Positions 9,722-21,400 of a DNA stretch of 43,305 nt are shown here, piece by piece. A model generated the notes under the pieces. That model was not told where the DNA came from. It searched no databases and worked only from the letters and a program-made list of their open reading frames with translations. Origin of the DNA: Reclinomonas americana ATCC 50394 (taxonomy: Eukaryota); the NCBI GenBank assembly GCA_048213135.1, contig PS015600.1, positions 9,972 through 53,276 on the forward strand. Direction: 5' to 3'. The number at the start of each line of letters is the position of its first letter. The stretch's first letter is position 1. Position numbers and translations under genes: made by a program.

Positions 9722-12159
9722 ATGATTGTTGTTTCGTTGCTTCGACGTGTTGCGTGGTTGCCTCGGTGTCGTCTCATGGCCTCTTCTTCCGCTTCCTCTT
9801 CCTCTGCATCATCAACAATCGAGCAATTGGTGAGGAGAGAGGCAGAAAAGGCGACACTTTATCCTTCACTCTCCTTGCATGGTTTCTCTCTGTTCTTCTT
9901 CTTCTTCTTCTTCTTCCTCTTCTCCTTCTTCTTATCCTTCTTCTTCTTCTTCTTCTTCTTCTTCTCCTCTTCTTCTTCTTCTCCTTCTTCTTCTCCTCCT
10001 CCTCTTCCTCCTTTGCGTTCTTCTTTTCTTGTGCTTCTCTCTTCTCATCTCTTCTCCTCACTCTTCTTCTTCCTCTTCCTCTTCCTCTGCATCATCAACA
10101 ATCGAGCAATTGGTGAGGAGAGAGGCAGATAAGGCGACACTTTATCCTTCGCTCTCGTTGCATGGTTTCTCTCTCTCTGTCTCCTCTTCTTTCTCTTGTT
10201 CTTGTTCTTGTTCTTCTTCTTCTTCTTCATCATCATCATCATCATCATCTTCTTCTTCTACTTATTCTTGTTCTTCCCCTTCTTGTTCTTCTTCTTCTCC
10301 TTCTTCTTCTTCTTCTTCTTCTTCTTCTTCTCCTCCTCCTTCTTCTTCTTCTTGTTCTTCTTCTTCTCCTACTTCTTCTTATTCTTCTTCTCCTTCTTCT
10401 TCTTCTTCTTCCTCTTCCTCTGCATCATCATCTAGCAATTGGTAAGGAGAGAGGCAGATAAGGCGACACTTTATCCTTCACTCTCCTCTCTCTCTGTTCT
10501 TCTTTCTCTTGTTTATTCTTGTTCTTCTTCTCCTGCTCGTCCTCCACCTCCTTGTGCTTCTTCTCCTTCGCCTCCTATGCATTCTTCTTCTTCTTGTTTT
10601 TCTTCTTCTTCTTGTTGTTGTTCTCGTTCTTCTTCTACTTTTCTTCTTCTTCTTCTTCTTCTCCTCCTCCTCCTCTCCCTCCTCCTTTGCGTTCTTCTTT
10701 TTCTTGTGCTCCTCTTTCTCTCCTCATCTCTCCTTTCTCTCTCTTCTCTCTTCTTCTTCTCCGCAGCTCGGCGGCGTTGCGTACATTCGTCGCGATGGAG
10801 TCGACTTGCCGCCGGCGTCGCTGCCGAGTGCCACTGGCTTTGTGGTGGCGATCGACAAGGCGCAGGGCATGACGAGTGCTGCGGTCACGGATGCACTCAA
10901 GGGCATTGCGAGGAACAGTAAGATTGGGCATGCGGGGACGCTGGATCCGATGGCCACGGTGAGAGAGGGGGAAGGGGAAGGGGGAGGTAAGGGGGAAGAG
11001 AAATGTGAGTAGATGTAGAGACAGTGACTGATGGAGAGAGCGAGTGACTGAGTGAGCAAGCGAGTGCGAGACCCCAGTACTAAGTTGCGTCTAGGGCAGT
11101 CAAGGCGACGGCTTGTCGACGAAGTAGAAGATGAGTGGCTGATAATAAGTTGTCAGTTTGTAAATGAGCGAGCGAGTGCGGTGAGCTACAATGTTAGCCA
11201 CCAGGCGACGACTTGTCGGGAGAATGCACTTGTTGGTTGACTCAGTCTCTCACTGCCACAGGGCCTGTTGATCTGCTGCATTGGTCGCGAGGCCACGGTC
11301 AAGGTGAACATGCTGATGGGCCTGGAGAAGGAGTACGAGGCGACGGTGCGACTCGGCGAGCGCACGCCGTCGTACGACGCCGACACAGAGGTCTGCGAGC
11401 GTGTGGCGGGGGCGGAGTTGCTGACGAGTGAGCGCATCGAGGAGGCGTGCAAGACGTTTGTGGGGGAGGTGGAACAGACGGTGCCGTTGTACTCGGCGGT
11501 GCATGTGGATGGCGAGGTTTGTGTGTGTGTGTGTGTGCACGAGACTTGTCGTCCTCTGCGCGCCGTACACTCATTGCTATTGTGTCGGCAGCGATTGTAC
11601 TCCAAGGCGCATCGTGGCGACGATGTGGGCAGTGTGACACTACCGAAGCGCATGGTGAACATCACGGCGCTGGAGGTGCTCGGTCGCGATGGCGCCGATC
11701 TGCACATTCGCGTGCGATGCTCCAAGGTCGGTGTGCTTGAAAAACTGATGAGGCGAAATTTGTCTGACGCGTCCAACGCAGGGCACGTATGTTCGCTCGA
11801 TTGCGCACGATCTCGGTCAGCTGCTAGGCGTCGGCGGTCACCTGGTGGCCCTCCGACGCACTTGCATCGGTCCATTCTCGATGACGCAGGCGTGGACGCT
11901 CGAGCAGCTGGAGGCGCAGTACGGTCGCGAAAGCGGTTTCGGTGGGCGCGGTGAAGAGCGACAGCATCGCGGTGGTCGTGGAAAGCATCGTGGCGGCGGC
12001 GGCGGCCGTGGTGGTCGTGGACGAGGAGGTCGTGGAGATCGTGGCAAGGGTGAAGCAAGTGCCGCCGCCACTGACGCCCCCTCCTCGTCCTCTTCCTCCT
12101 CTGCCCCAGCACCACCAGTAGCGGCTGTTGTCTCTGCATCGAGCGCACCTGAAGTGTAA
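9722..12159 (+). CDS. truB: tRNA pseudouridine(55) synthase, TruB/Pus4 family, with C-terminal RGG-rich tail
   Basis: Exons 9722(or 9776)-9829, 10767-10958, 11262-11516, 11592-11726, 11782-12159, all phase 0. Motifs: [25 protein letters not shown] (catalytic Asp), [49 protein letters not shown]. Confidence 0.93.
9793..10760 (+). repeat. Triplicated exon1/intron1 junction interspersed with (TTC)n microsatellite
   Basis: ttcctcttcctctgcatcatca...gcaattggtRaggagagaggcagaNaaggcgacactttatccttc occurs at about 9793, 10077 and 10410. Confidence 0.9.
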
Positions 12160-12198
12160 TGCCAACGAGAAAACACACACATATTTTGTCGATCTTTT

Positions 12199-14030
12199 TC
12201 ACTCGCCATCCATCGATGCGTCGAGCCCCCCATCTCCATTGCCGTCGCCGTCGTCTTCCCTGCTTCGCTTCTGTCCGCGTTTCGCTTTCCGCGAACCACC
12301 CACTCGCGCACCCGGTCCCACCCAGCTGCTGCTAATCACAATCGCGGGCGGTGCCGGCATTGCTGGCTCCTCACCGTCGCCCATCTCATCGCTCCCATCC
12401 ACCGCCATTCCGCCAGCCGCCGGCGGCACCGCTGCCATTGGTGCAGCGGCAGCTGCCGTCACCCGCCTCTTGGCACGGTACTCCTTCACATTCTGGCGAC
12501 GACGACGATTCTGACTGGCCTCCACCTCGGGCGGTGGGGCGCGGTCCAGCTCCACCACGTTGCGCAAGTGCTCGGCGATGGTGCCGAATGGATCGGCGCG
12601 ATAGGTCGGATGCTGCGCGACATGGCGAGTATCAGTCGTTGCTCTCGACTTTAACCTCACTATTTGCGTGTGTGTGTGTGTGTGTGTGTGTGCCTTTCAA
12701 CCCTTCTCCGACTTATATGTCTCACTCCCTCTCTCTCTTTGCGCATGCGTGCATTGGTGTGTGCGTGTGCCTCCCCACTCTCCCTTACGTCTCTCCCTCA
12801 TTCTCTGCATGCGTGCGCGTGTATGTACGTGGACTTACACGTCTCTCTCCTCTCTCAATTCTCCTGTCTGCGTGTGTGTGTGCGTCTCTCTCTCGCCCCT
12901 CTCTCTCTCTGTGCGTGTACCTTCGCCTTCTCGCCTTGCGTCATTCTCGCTTTCTCTCTCTCTCTGTGCGCGTGCGTGCGTGTGTGCCTCCCTCCTCCCA
13001 ACTTCCGAGATACGTCGCTCTCTCTATCTCTCGTTGCTTCCGTTTCTGTCCCTTTCTCTCGCTCTCTCATTGCGTGTGTGTGCATTCTTCTCCCTTCTCT
13101 CGCCTTCCGTCTCTCTCTCTCTCTCTCTCTCTCTCTGCACGTAGGTGCGAGAGTGAGGGTGCCCTCCCCCCATTCTTCCGACTTATGTCTCCCTCACTCT
13201 CTCGTTGCTTCTGTTTCTGTGTCTCTCTCTCGCTCTCCCATTGCGTATGTGTGTGCATTCTTCTCCCTTCTCCCGCCTTCCGTCTCTCCTCTCTCTCTCT
13301 GCGCGTGAATGTGTGTGTGCGTGTGCCCTCCTCCCCCCGTCTTCCGACTCACGTCTCTCTCTCTCTCATTGCTTCTGCTCGTCCCGCTCTCCCCTTTTCT
13401 CTGTCTCTCTGCTTCGTTTCCTCCCTTCCCCCTCCCTCTCATCCCACTCACTCGCACCTCCAACACACTCTTGAACTGCGCCGACTCCTTAACCAGCAAT
13501 CGCTGTCGAGCGAGTCCATGCTTCGGCTGCCCGCCCAGTCGCCTCTGCTGCCCGACACGAGCAGCATCGGCCTGCTTCTGCTGCGCGCGCTCCTTCTCCA
13601 GCTGCATCAGCGATGCCCACAACGAGTTCGGCATGCCTCCAATGCCAATACCACCTCCAATGACACCACTAGCACTGCTGCTGGTGGTCGTGCTGCCTGC
13701 TCCCAGTGTTCCCAGTGCTCCCACTCGCGCCGCTCGGGCAGCCGCCTAAGCATGTGAGGCAACGCACATCAGCCAAGCTGCAGGGCGGGCAAAGAGAAGA
13801 GGGTTGCACGTAACCTTCTCACTCTCCTGCTCATGCGTCAGCTTGGTCACCAGTTCGGCGCCTGTGTGTGTGTCGAGTGTCGGTGATGTGAATGTGCACA
13901 TGGCGCGCACTCTCACTCTCTGCCACTCACGATTCTCTGCAGGCATGCACCAGACAGAAGATGCACACATACAGACACACAGAGGCCAGCACGCACTTCT
14001 CATGCATACACACTTGCACACACATACTTG

Positions 14031-14062
<32 letters not shown>

Positions 14063-14289
14063 CACTCATACACACAGGCATAGAGAGAGAGAGAGACCAC
14101 GCTGACACTGCCTTGTCTCGGGCTCACACACACACACAGAGAGAGAGAGAAAGAGCACTTGCAGACGCACACTTTCACACACTTTCACACACTTTCACAC
14201 ACACACACGCACTCGCTCACACACACATACTAGCACACTGCTCTCTCTGTGTGTCTGTCTCTCTGTGCGTGTGTGTCTCTCTCTGTCTG

Positions 14290-14332
<43 letters not shown>

Positions 14333-14633
14333 GCACCTCACACGCAACGTTTCGCGCCCTTCTTCTTCCGCTGCCTCCTCTTGTCGGCCGAGCCACCACC
14401 ATCGCTCGTCATTGACGTGTCGCCCTTGGACGGAGTCACCGCCGTCTTCACTGCCTTTTTCGCCTTGTTCTTCTTCTTTGTGCTCTCGCCATCCTCGGCC
14501 TGCGCTCGTTCCGGAGCAACAGAGGTGACCACTGCGGTGCCACTCTGTGTGTGTGGAGGAGAAGATGTCAGAGGGAGAGAGGGAGTGGGAGTGGGAGAGG
14601 GTGTGTACGGACCACCAGCTTCCTCTTCTTCAT
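12199..14633 (-). CDS. SLX9: SLX9/FAM207A-family ribosome biogenesis protein
   Basis: Phase-consistent exons 14633-14613, 14544-14349, 13861-13815, 13745-13458, 12612-12199. The spliced RQRLLVKESAQFKSVLE|HPTYRADPFGTIAEHLRNVV matches the SLX9 C-terminal motif (E..RF..VL.HP.F..NP...I..HL.N). The N-terminus is basic and K/R-rich. An in-frame upstream ATG at 14669 is possible. Confidence 0.8.
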
Positions 14634-15138
14634 CGTGGTGCAATATCGAAATGGTCGGAGGACACGCATGAAAGGACGTGGTTCTGAAGCACCGTGGGAG
14701 TGTATAAAGACGTGCCTTCAAGCATTGGATCGCTGCCCTTGTATGCAGCAGGCACCGGCGTGGATTCTCTTGCAGAACCGCCAACATTTGCGTTCGCGAC
14801 GTTCGCTTATCCTATGACCAAACAAGCCAGCACGCGATTGCTTGGCTTTGTCTCCTGAAAGGGAAGTTGACTGTTTGGAGAAGTGTATGGTAGTTTATGC
14901 CTTGGTTATTGTCGGCAAGGGATTTGCAACTGTGTCCGGACATTTGTCGCATTACTTGGAAGTGTTTTGTTTTCATCTCTGTTTCTGGCGATTGCTCAAG
15001 ATGGTGGCCTTCATGCAGCTGAACATGTGTTGCGGGTTGGATAGGCCATGTTGTTGTCGTTGGCGATGCAGATCGCAGTTCTCGACGTCGACGTCGAATT
15101 GTTCAAACTTCGTGAGCGAACACAGTGCAAGAAAACCT

Positions 15139-15221
15139 ACTGCTGCCCTCAAGACTGGTATGTATGTTGATGTTTTGGATATGGTTGGACCTGGTCATCA
15201 AGCCCGCTGTTGTTTATTTGT
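15139..15221 (+). repeat. Dispersed intergenic repeat, copy 1
   Basis: ctgctgccctcaagactggtatgtatgttgatgttttggatatggttggacctggtcatcaag aligns closely with 28261-28341. Confidence 0.8.
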
Positions 15222-16227
15222 GCGCGACGTCGTGATATCAACTGCGAAGTCAGCTCGTTTTCTTCAACGCAGCTGCTCCTGTCACCGCGCACACACCAGA
15301 GCAACACGACGCTGATACGATACACAACATCGCCGCCTTGTTATGCACGAGCGAACGGCAGGACACGGTGGTTGATTGTCANNNNNNNNNNNNNNNNNNN
15401 NNNNNNNNNNNNNNNNNNNNNNNNNNNNNNNNNNNNNNNNNNNNNNNNNNNNNNNNNNNNNNNNNNNNNNNNNNNNNNNNNNNNNNNNNNNNNNNNNNNN
15501 NNNNNNNNNNNNNNNNNNNNNNNNNNNNNNNNNNNNNNNNNNNNNNNNNNNNNNNNNNNNNNNNNNNNNNNNNNNNNNNNNNNNNNNNNNNNNNNNNNNN
15601 NNNNNNNNNNNNNNNNNNNNNNNNNNNNNNNNNNNNNNNNNNNNNNNNNNNNNNNNNNNNNNNNNNNNNNNNNNNNNNNNNNNNNNNNNNNNNNNNNNNN
15701 NNNNNNNNNNNNNNNNNNNNNNNNNNNNNNNNNNNNNNNNNNNNNNNNNNNNNNNNNNNNNNNNNNNNNNNNNNNNNNNNNNNNNNNNNNNNNNNNNNNN
15801 NNNNNNNNNNNNNNNNNNNNNNNNNNNNNNNNNNNNNNNNNNNNNNNNNNNNNNNNNNNNNNNNNNNNNNNNNNNNNNNNNNNNNNNNNNNNNNNNNNNN
15901 NNNNNNNNNNNNNNNNNNNNNNNNNNNNNNNNNNNNNNNNNNNNNNNNNNNNNNNNNNNNNNNNNNNNNNNNNNNNNNNNNNNNNNNNNNNNNNNNNNNN
16001 NNNNNNNNNNNNNNNNNNNNNNNNNNNNNNNNNNNNNNNNNNNNNNNNNNNNNNNNNNNNNNNNNNNNNNNNNNNNNNNNNNNNNNNNNNCTCTCTCTCT
16101 CTCTCTCTCGCTCACACTCACTCACACACACTCACTGCATTCTCTCTCTCTCTCTCCCTGTCTCACTGCATTCACTCACTCATTCACTCACTCACTCACT
16201 CACTCACTCACTCGTTTTTGTGTTCAG

Positions 16228-16689
16228 TTTGGTACGGTGGATGTTGTTGTCCGTGTCTAATGGGCACTGTCAAGGCGGCGCTGGATGATAGGCCTTGCAC
16301 GGCGTACGATTGCGTGTTTTCAATGACATGTGGGTGTCAGCAGTACTTTAATCGGCAGCAACTGCGGTCCAAGTATGGGTTTCAGCAGCAGGTGAGGAAG
16401 CGGGGAAGGCAAGGGGAAAGGTGCATTCACTCTCAACTAATTGAGTTGTCAGTCATTCCCTTGATGCACTCTGGTCCACTTTCTCTCCTTCTCCCTCTCA
16501 ACTCCCGTCTATCGTATCGATCGTTCTTTGTTTTCGCCTTGATGAACTCTCTCGCTATTGTACATTCTTGCTGTCACTGTTGTTTATTCACCTCTCTCCC
16601 TCTCATTGTTGCTGTCAGCCTTACCTTTTGTTGATCCTCTCTGTTGCTTTCTCTGTTTCGGGGTGTCGTTCGCGTGTCACCGCGATCCA

Positions 16690-16725
<36 letters not shown>

Positions 16726-18417
16726 TACACACACACACTCGTCTCTCATTGTTGCTGTCAACCTTGCTGTTGTTGATCTTCTCCTTTCGCTCTCATATTC
16801 TCGCGTCAACTCGATTCACTCTCTCCCTCTCCCTCTCTCTCCCTCACGCACTCATTCTATCAATCGCTCCTGTGTCGTTGCCAATAATCGATTCTCTCAG
16901 ACTATCACCCATTCTTGCAATCATCGTTCTCGTTCTCTGTCTCATTCGTGTTGTCAGTCGCTCCTTTGTCGTCACCGTAGATCACTCTCCTGCACTGTCT
17001 CATTCTTGCAGTCAGGTGCGCTTCTCACGCTCTTCTCAGTCACTCTCTCGCTCCCTGGCATTCCTCACTCGTCTTGCAGTCATCCTCGTCTTTGCGTCAC
17101 TGTTGATCACTCTCGTATATTGTCTCGTTCTTGCAGCAAGGCGTGCTTCCCTCGCTCTCTTCCACTCTCTCGCCCTCATTCCTCACTCATCTTGCAGTCA
17201 TCCTTATCTTTGCGTCACCGTTGATCACTCTCCTGCTTGTCTCATTCTTGCGGTCAGGCGTGCTTCTCACGCTCTTCTGAGTGGCTCTCTCTCTCTCCCT
17301 CTCCCTCTCATTCCTCACTCGACTTGCAGTCATCCTCGTCTTTGTCGTCGCCGTTGATCACTCTGCTGCACTCTCTTATTCTTGCAACAGGCTTGCTTCT
17401 CTCGCTGTCTTCCACTCTCTTGCCCTCATTCTCGGTGTCCATCGCTCATTTGTCGCCTTGATGCACTCCTCTCGCTCCCACCTGCTCACTTCCTCTATCA
17501 TTTTTGTTGTCAATTGCGTTGCTGCCGTTGCCATGATCCGTTCACTTGCCCTCTCGTTGCCTAACTCATTCGCCTTGATCCACTTTCCCTCCTTGTTCTC
17601 TCACTCTTGTTGTTGTCAATCTTGCCTTGCTTGTCGCCGTCCTGCACTGTTTCACTCTCTTTCACAAACTCAGTCCCGAGTGTCAACTGCTCCTTTGTTG
17701 TCGTCTTGCTGCTCTTTCTTGCTCCCTCTCACATCGCTCGTTGTTGTCGCTTACATCTCTCTCTCACCTCATTCCACTGAGATGTCATCGCGCTGTAGTC
17801 GTCGTCTTGCTGTTCTCCTCTCTCTTCCTCTCACATCGCTCGTTGTTGTCACCTTCGTCCACTGACTCTCTCGCTTCCTAACACTGTGATGTCATCGCGC
17901 CTTAGTCCTCGCCCTCCACCCCTTTCTCTCCACGCTCACCCCCTGCCACTCGCAGGCCTGCGCCGACTGCCTCGCTGTGTGCCTGTGCCCTTGCTGCGCC
18001 GCCTGTCAAGACTACCGCGAGATCAAGTTCCGCAACAAGATGGTGACGCCCTTCTCCGCGCACATGGGCCTCGAGTTCCAGTTCAACACCGGTCTCGACG
18101 ACGACGTCGGCGCCGTGCCACTCTCCACCATGACCAGCATGGAGGTCGCCGGAGCCGGAGGAGGATCAGGAGCAGCAGCGTCGCGCATGCCATCGCGCGT
18201 GTTCACACCCGGCACAGCGGCAGTGGCCGGTGTGCAACCGCAGCAGCGACAGGCAGTGCGATCGCTGGCCACCTCGCTCGTGTCGCGTGTCGCCGACAGC
18301 ACGAATCCGGTGCGCACCTCGCTGCGCAGTCTCAACATGTCGATCCCGCGTGTGCGTATGTATGATCCAGCACCGCGGCCGGATGAGCAGCAGCAGCAGC
18401 CTCCAGCCAGGCAATGA
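16228..18417 (+). CDS. PLAC8-family (Cys-rich) protein, 5' end missing (probably in gap)
   Basis: Exon 16228-16391 gives WYGGCCCPCLMG...NRQQLRSKYGFQQ and exon 17956-18417 gives ACADCLAVCLCPCCAACQDYREIKFR..., together the PLAC8 pattern CCxPC...R..KY...DC...C.C..Q..RE. A low-complexity C-terminal tail follows. Confidence 0.85.
16980..17440 (+). repeat. Intronic tandem repeat, ~120-130-nt monomers in A-B-A-B order
   Basis: gatcactct recurs at ~16980, 17105, 17223 and 17356. Copies 1/3 and 2/4 share diagnostic tails. Confidence 0.8.
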
Positions 18418-18472
18418 AACTGTGAAGTCTGTGTCCTCTCTGTCAGTCAGTCACTTTGGTCGAAAGGAGAGA

Positions 18473-21400
18473 ATGGGCGAGTTGCTTGGCATGTCGTTGT
18501 TCACGTTGCCGCCACTGGATCCCAGCTTGGCGGAGCTGGTGGCGCGGCCGGATACACTGAGTAGCACAGTTGTGTGAGAGGGGAGAGAAGGAGGAGGAGA
18601 AGTGTGAGAGGCAAAGGGTGTGTGATGGAGGAGGCTTGTTCTGTGTGCATGCTGCATTAGAGAGAGAGAGAGAGAGAGAGAGAGAACAAGTGGAAGAGTG
18701 TGAGAGAGTGGCATGCAAAGCTCCTTGTGGGTGCAGACAAGCAGAGAGAGAGAGAGAGAGAGACTTGGGAAGCTTGTTTGTTGTGCATGTTGCATCTGCA
18801 CAGAGAGAGAGAGAGAGAGAACAAGTGGAAGAGTGTGAGAGAGTCACATGCAAAGCTCCTGATGGGTGCAGCAGAGAGAGAGAGAGAGAGNNNNNNNNNN
18901 NNNNNNNNNNNNNNNNNNNNNNNNNNNNNNNNNNNNNNNNNNNNNNNNNNNNNNNNNNNNNNNNNNNNNNNNNNNNNNNNNNNNNNNNNNNNNNNNNNNN
19001 NNNNNNNNNNNNNNNNNNNNNNNNNNNNNNNNNNNNNNNNNNNNNNNNNNNNNNNNNNNNNNNNNNNNNNNNNNNNNNNNNNNNNNNNNNNNNNNNNNNN
19101 NNNNNNNNNNNNNNNNNNNNNNNNNNNNNNNNNNNNNNNNNNNNNNNNNNNNNNNNNNNNNNNNNNNNNNNNNNNNNNNNNNNNNNNNNNNNNNNNNNNN
19201 NNNNNNNNNNNNNNNNNNNNNNNNNNNNNNNNNNNNNNNNNNNNNNNNNNNNNNNNNNNNNNNNNNNNNNNNNNNNNNNNNNNNNNNNNNNNNNNNNNNN
19301 NNNNNNNNNNNNNNNNNNNNNNNNNNNNNNNNNNNNNNNNNNNNNNNNNNNNNNNNNNNNNNNNNNNNNNNNNNNNNNNNNNNNNNNNNNNNNNNNNNNN
19401 NNNNNNNNNNNNNNNNNNNNNNNNNNNNNNNNNNNGATAGAGAGAGAGAGAGGCATGTAGAGCTCCTTCTGGGTGCAGACCCTTGCATTCTCACTCACTC
19501 GTGCATGCAGATCGCACAATGGCTGTCGATTGGTGGCGATTCAATGGCTCGAGCACGCAGTGCGCAGCTGGTGTCGCGACTGTTGCTTGATTGCGAGGGC
19601 ACGATGCGCAAGGTCGTGGAGCGGCGTGCGGAGCCTGAGTTGGCCGACAAGAGGGCGTTGGCGTTGTTGGAGGTCGCTGCGAAGGTGCGGGAATGAGGAA
19701 GAGTAGATAGAGTGCGTGCAGTCCTGCTATTCCTTCCTCCTTTCCCTCCACTCACCCTCACCCCACAGGCGGTGGTCGGCTGCTCCTTCTCGCTACTGGA
19801 CGTGGAGGCCTTTCCCCCTCGCTTCCACAAGGTGCTGCTGCTGGAGTGCGCGTGGCACGACGTCACCAACTTTCCGTTGCGTGCACGCAGAAGCCTACTC
19901 TTCGTTCCCCCCCCCCCTTGCTCAACGCGCGTACAGGCGCCGCTTGGTCATGCTGCATCAGTGGCTCGTGCGCAGTGTGGCCGGGGAGAGACCGGCACCG
20001 ATGATGTTGTTCCCGTCGCATCCGGGTGTGCATGCGACCTCGTCATCGTCGGCCGGCCACCGACCACCATCCTACGACGAGTATCGGCTGTCGATGGCAG
20101 GGCAGCGGAACGAGCGTGGCTACCTCACGTTTTTCCCGCTGGCACGCGAGCACAGCTCGTCGCTGCTGACCGGCGGCGTGGCGGCACTCACCGGCAGCAC
20201 GCTGGAGGCGGAACAGCTGATGGTGCGCCAGCAGAGCGAGCAGTCGGCGCACTTTCTCGCGCAAGTCGTGGAGAACCTGGACTCGTACGGGGTGACGCTG
20301 GTCGACGCCTGCGCACTGTGTGCCGATCTCGGCGAGTACCACTTTTTCTGCGAGGACATGGAGAAGACGGCGGCGTACTTTGGCATGGTGCACGCCATGC
20401 TGGCCAAGTGTGAGGAGCAGGCCGCCAAGCTGGGCGTCGAGCGGGGCCGCGTAGAGAGTGTGCTGCAGGTGTGCGAGGCCACCAAGCGTGTCGCGCTGGC
20501 GGTGCCGGAGGACCAGTCGTCGTTCAGTGTCGCCGATTGCTTGCGGGGGGTGGAGGTGAGTAGAGAGGAGAAGGGGGAAGAGGAGGAGGAAAAGGGAAAG
20601 AGTGGAGGAGGGCGCATTTTTATCGGCTGGTATCGGTGTTGAGTGCTGAGAGAGATATTCGCCTGCAGTGCCAGTGGATTAGTTGTCGAGTAGAAAAAAG
20701 TATTCAGTGTGCAGTGCAGACATTTGGGGAGATTTGGTCGTTGTGTGTGAAAGAGAGACATAGTGAAGGCGATTGTTCGTCGACGCAGAGTTGCCAGGAG
20801 TAGAAAACAGGGGCTGGCGGCTCATGCGTGTGTTGTCGAATGCCGCCGAGTAGAAGAAAGTATTCAGTGCGCAGTGCAAGACATTCGGGGAGATTTGGTT
20901 GTTTCACAGTCGTTGTGTGTGAAAGAGAGACAGAGTGAAGGCGAATGTTCGTCGACGCAGAGTTGCCAGGAGTAGAAAACAGGCGCTGACTGCTCATGCG
21001 TGTGTTGTCGAATGTCGCCGAGTTGAAGAAGGTACTCAGTGCGCAGTTCAAGGCAGCGTGTTCGCGCTGTGTGTGAAAGAGAGATAGAGTGAGGATGAAT
21101 AGGGTGCCAGGAGGCTGACTGCTCATGCGTGTGCGCTTCCGCAGAGCTTGTCGGATTTCGTGGTGCTCCTGCAGCGACTGGTGCGCTCCGGGTCACAGTG
21201 GGCGGCGGTGGCCTCGTTGCTGAGCGTGGATGCGGTGTTTGCCGTGTTGCCCTTTGCACTCTGCGTGTCGCTGGTCAACGATCCGTCGCTGATGCGCACG
21301 GATCCGGCCTATGAGCAACTGTTGGTGGCTGTTGCGCTGCGCGTGCATTTGTGTCCTGGTAAGGGAGAGAGAGAGAGAATGTGGGTGGAGGTGGGATGGA

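Noticed and set aside
14842-15315. 157-aa ORF and similar short ORFs at 27700-28530 as transposase remnants
   Set aside because: No recognisable DDE, reverse transcriptase or recombinase motifs. Kept only as a nucleotide-level repeat.
20684-21143. Regularly spaced repeats as a possible CRISPR array
   Set aside because: The units are long tandem duplications without unique spacers, lie in a spliceosomal intron and have no cas genes nearby.
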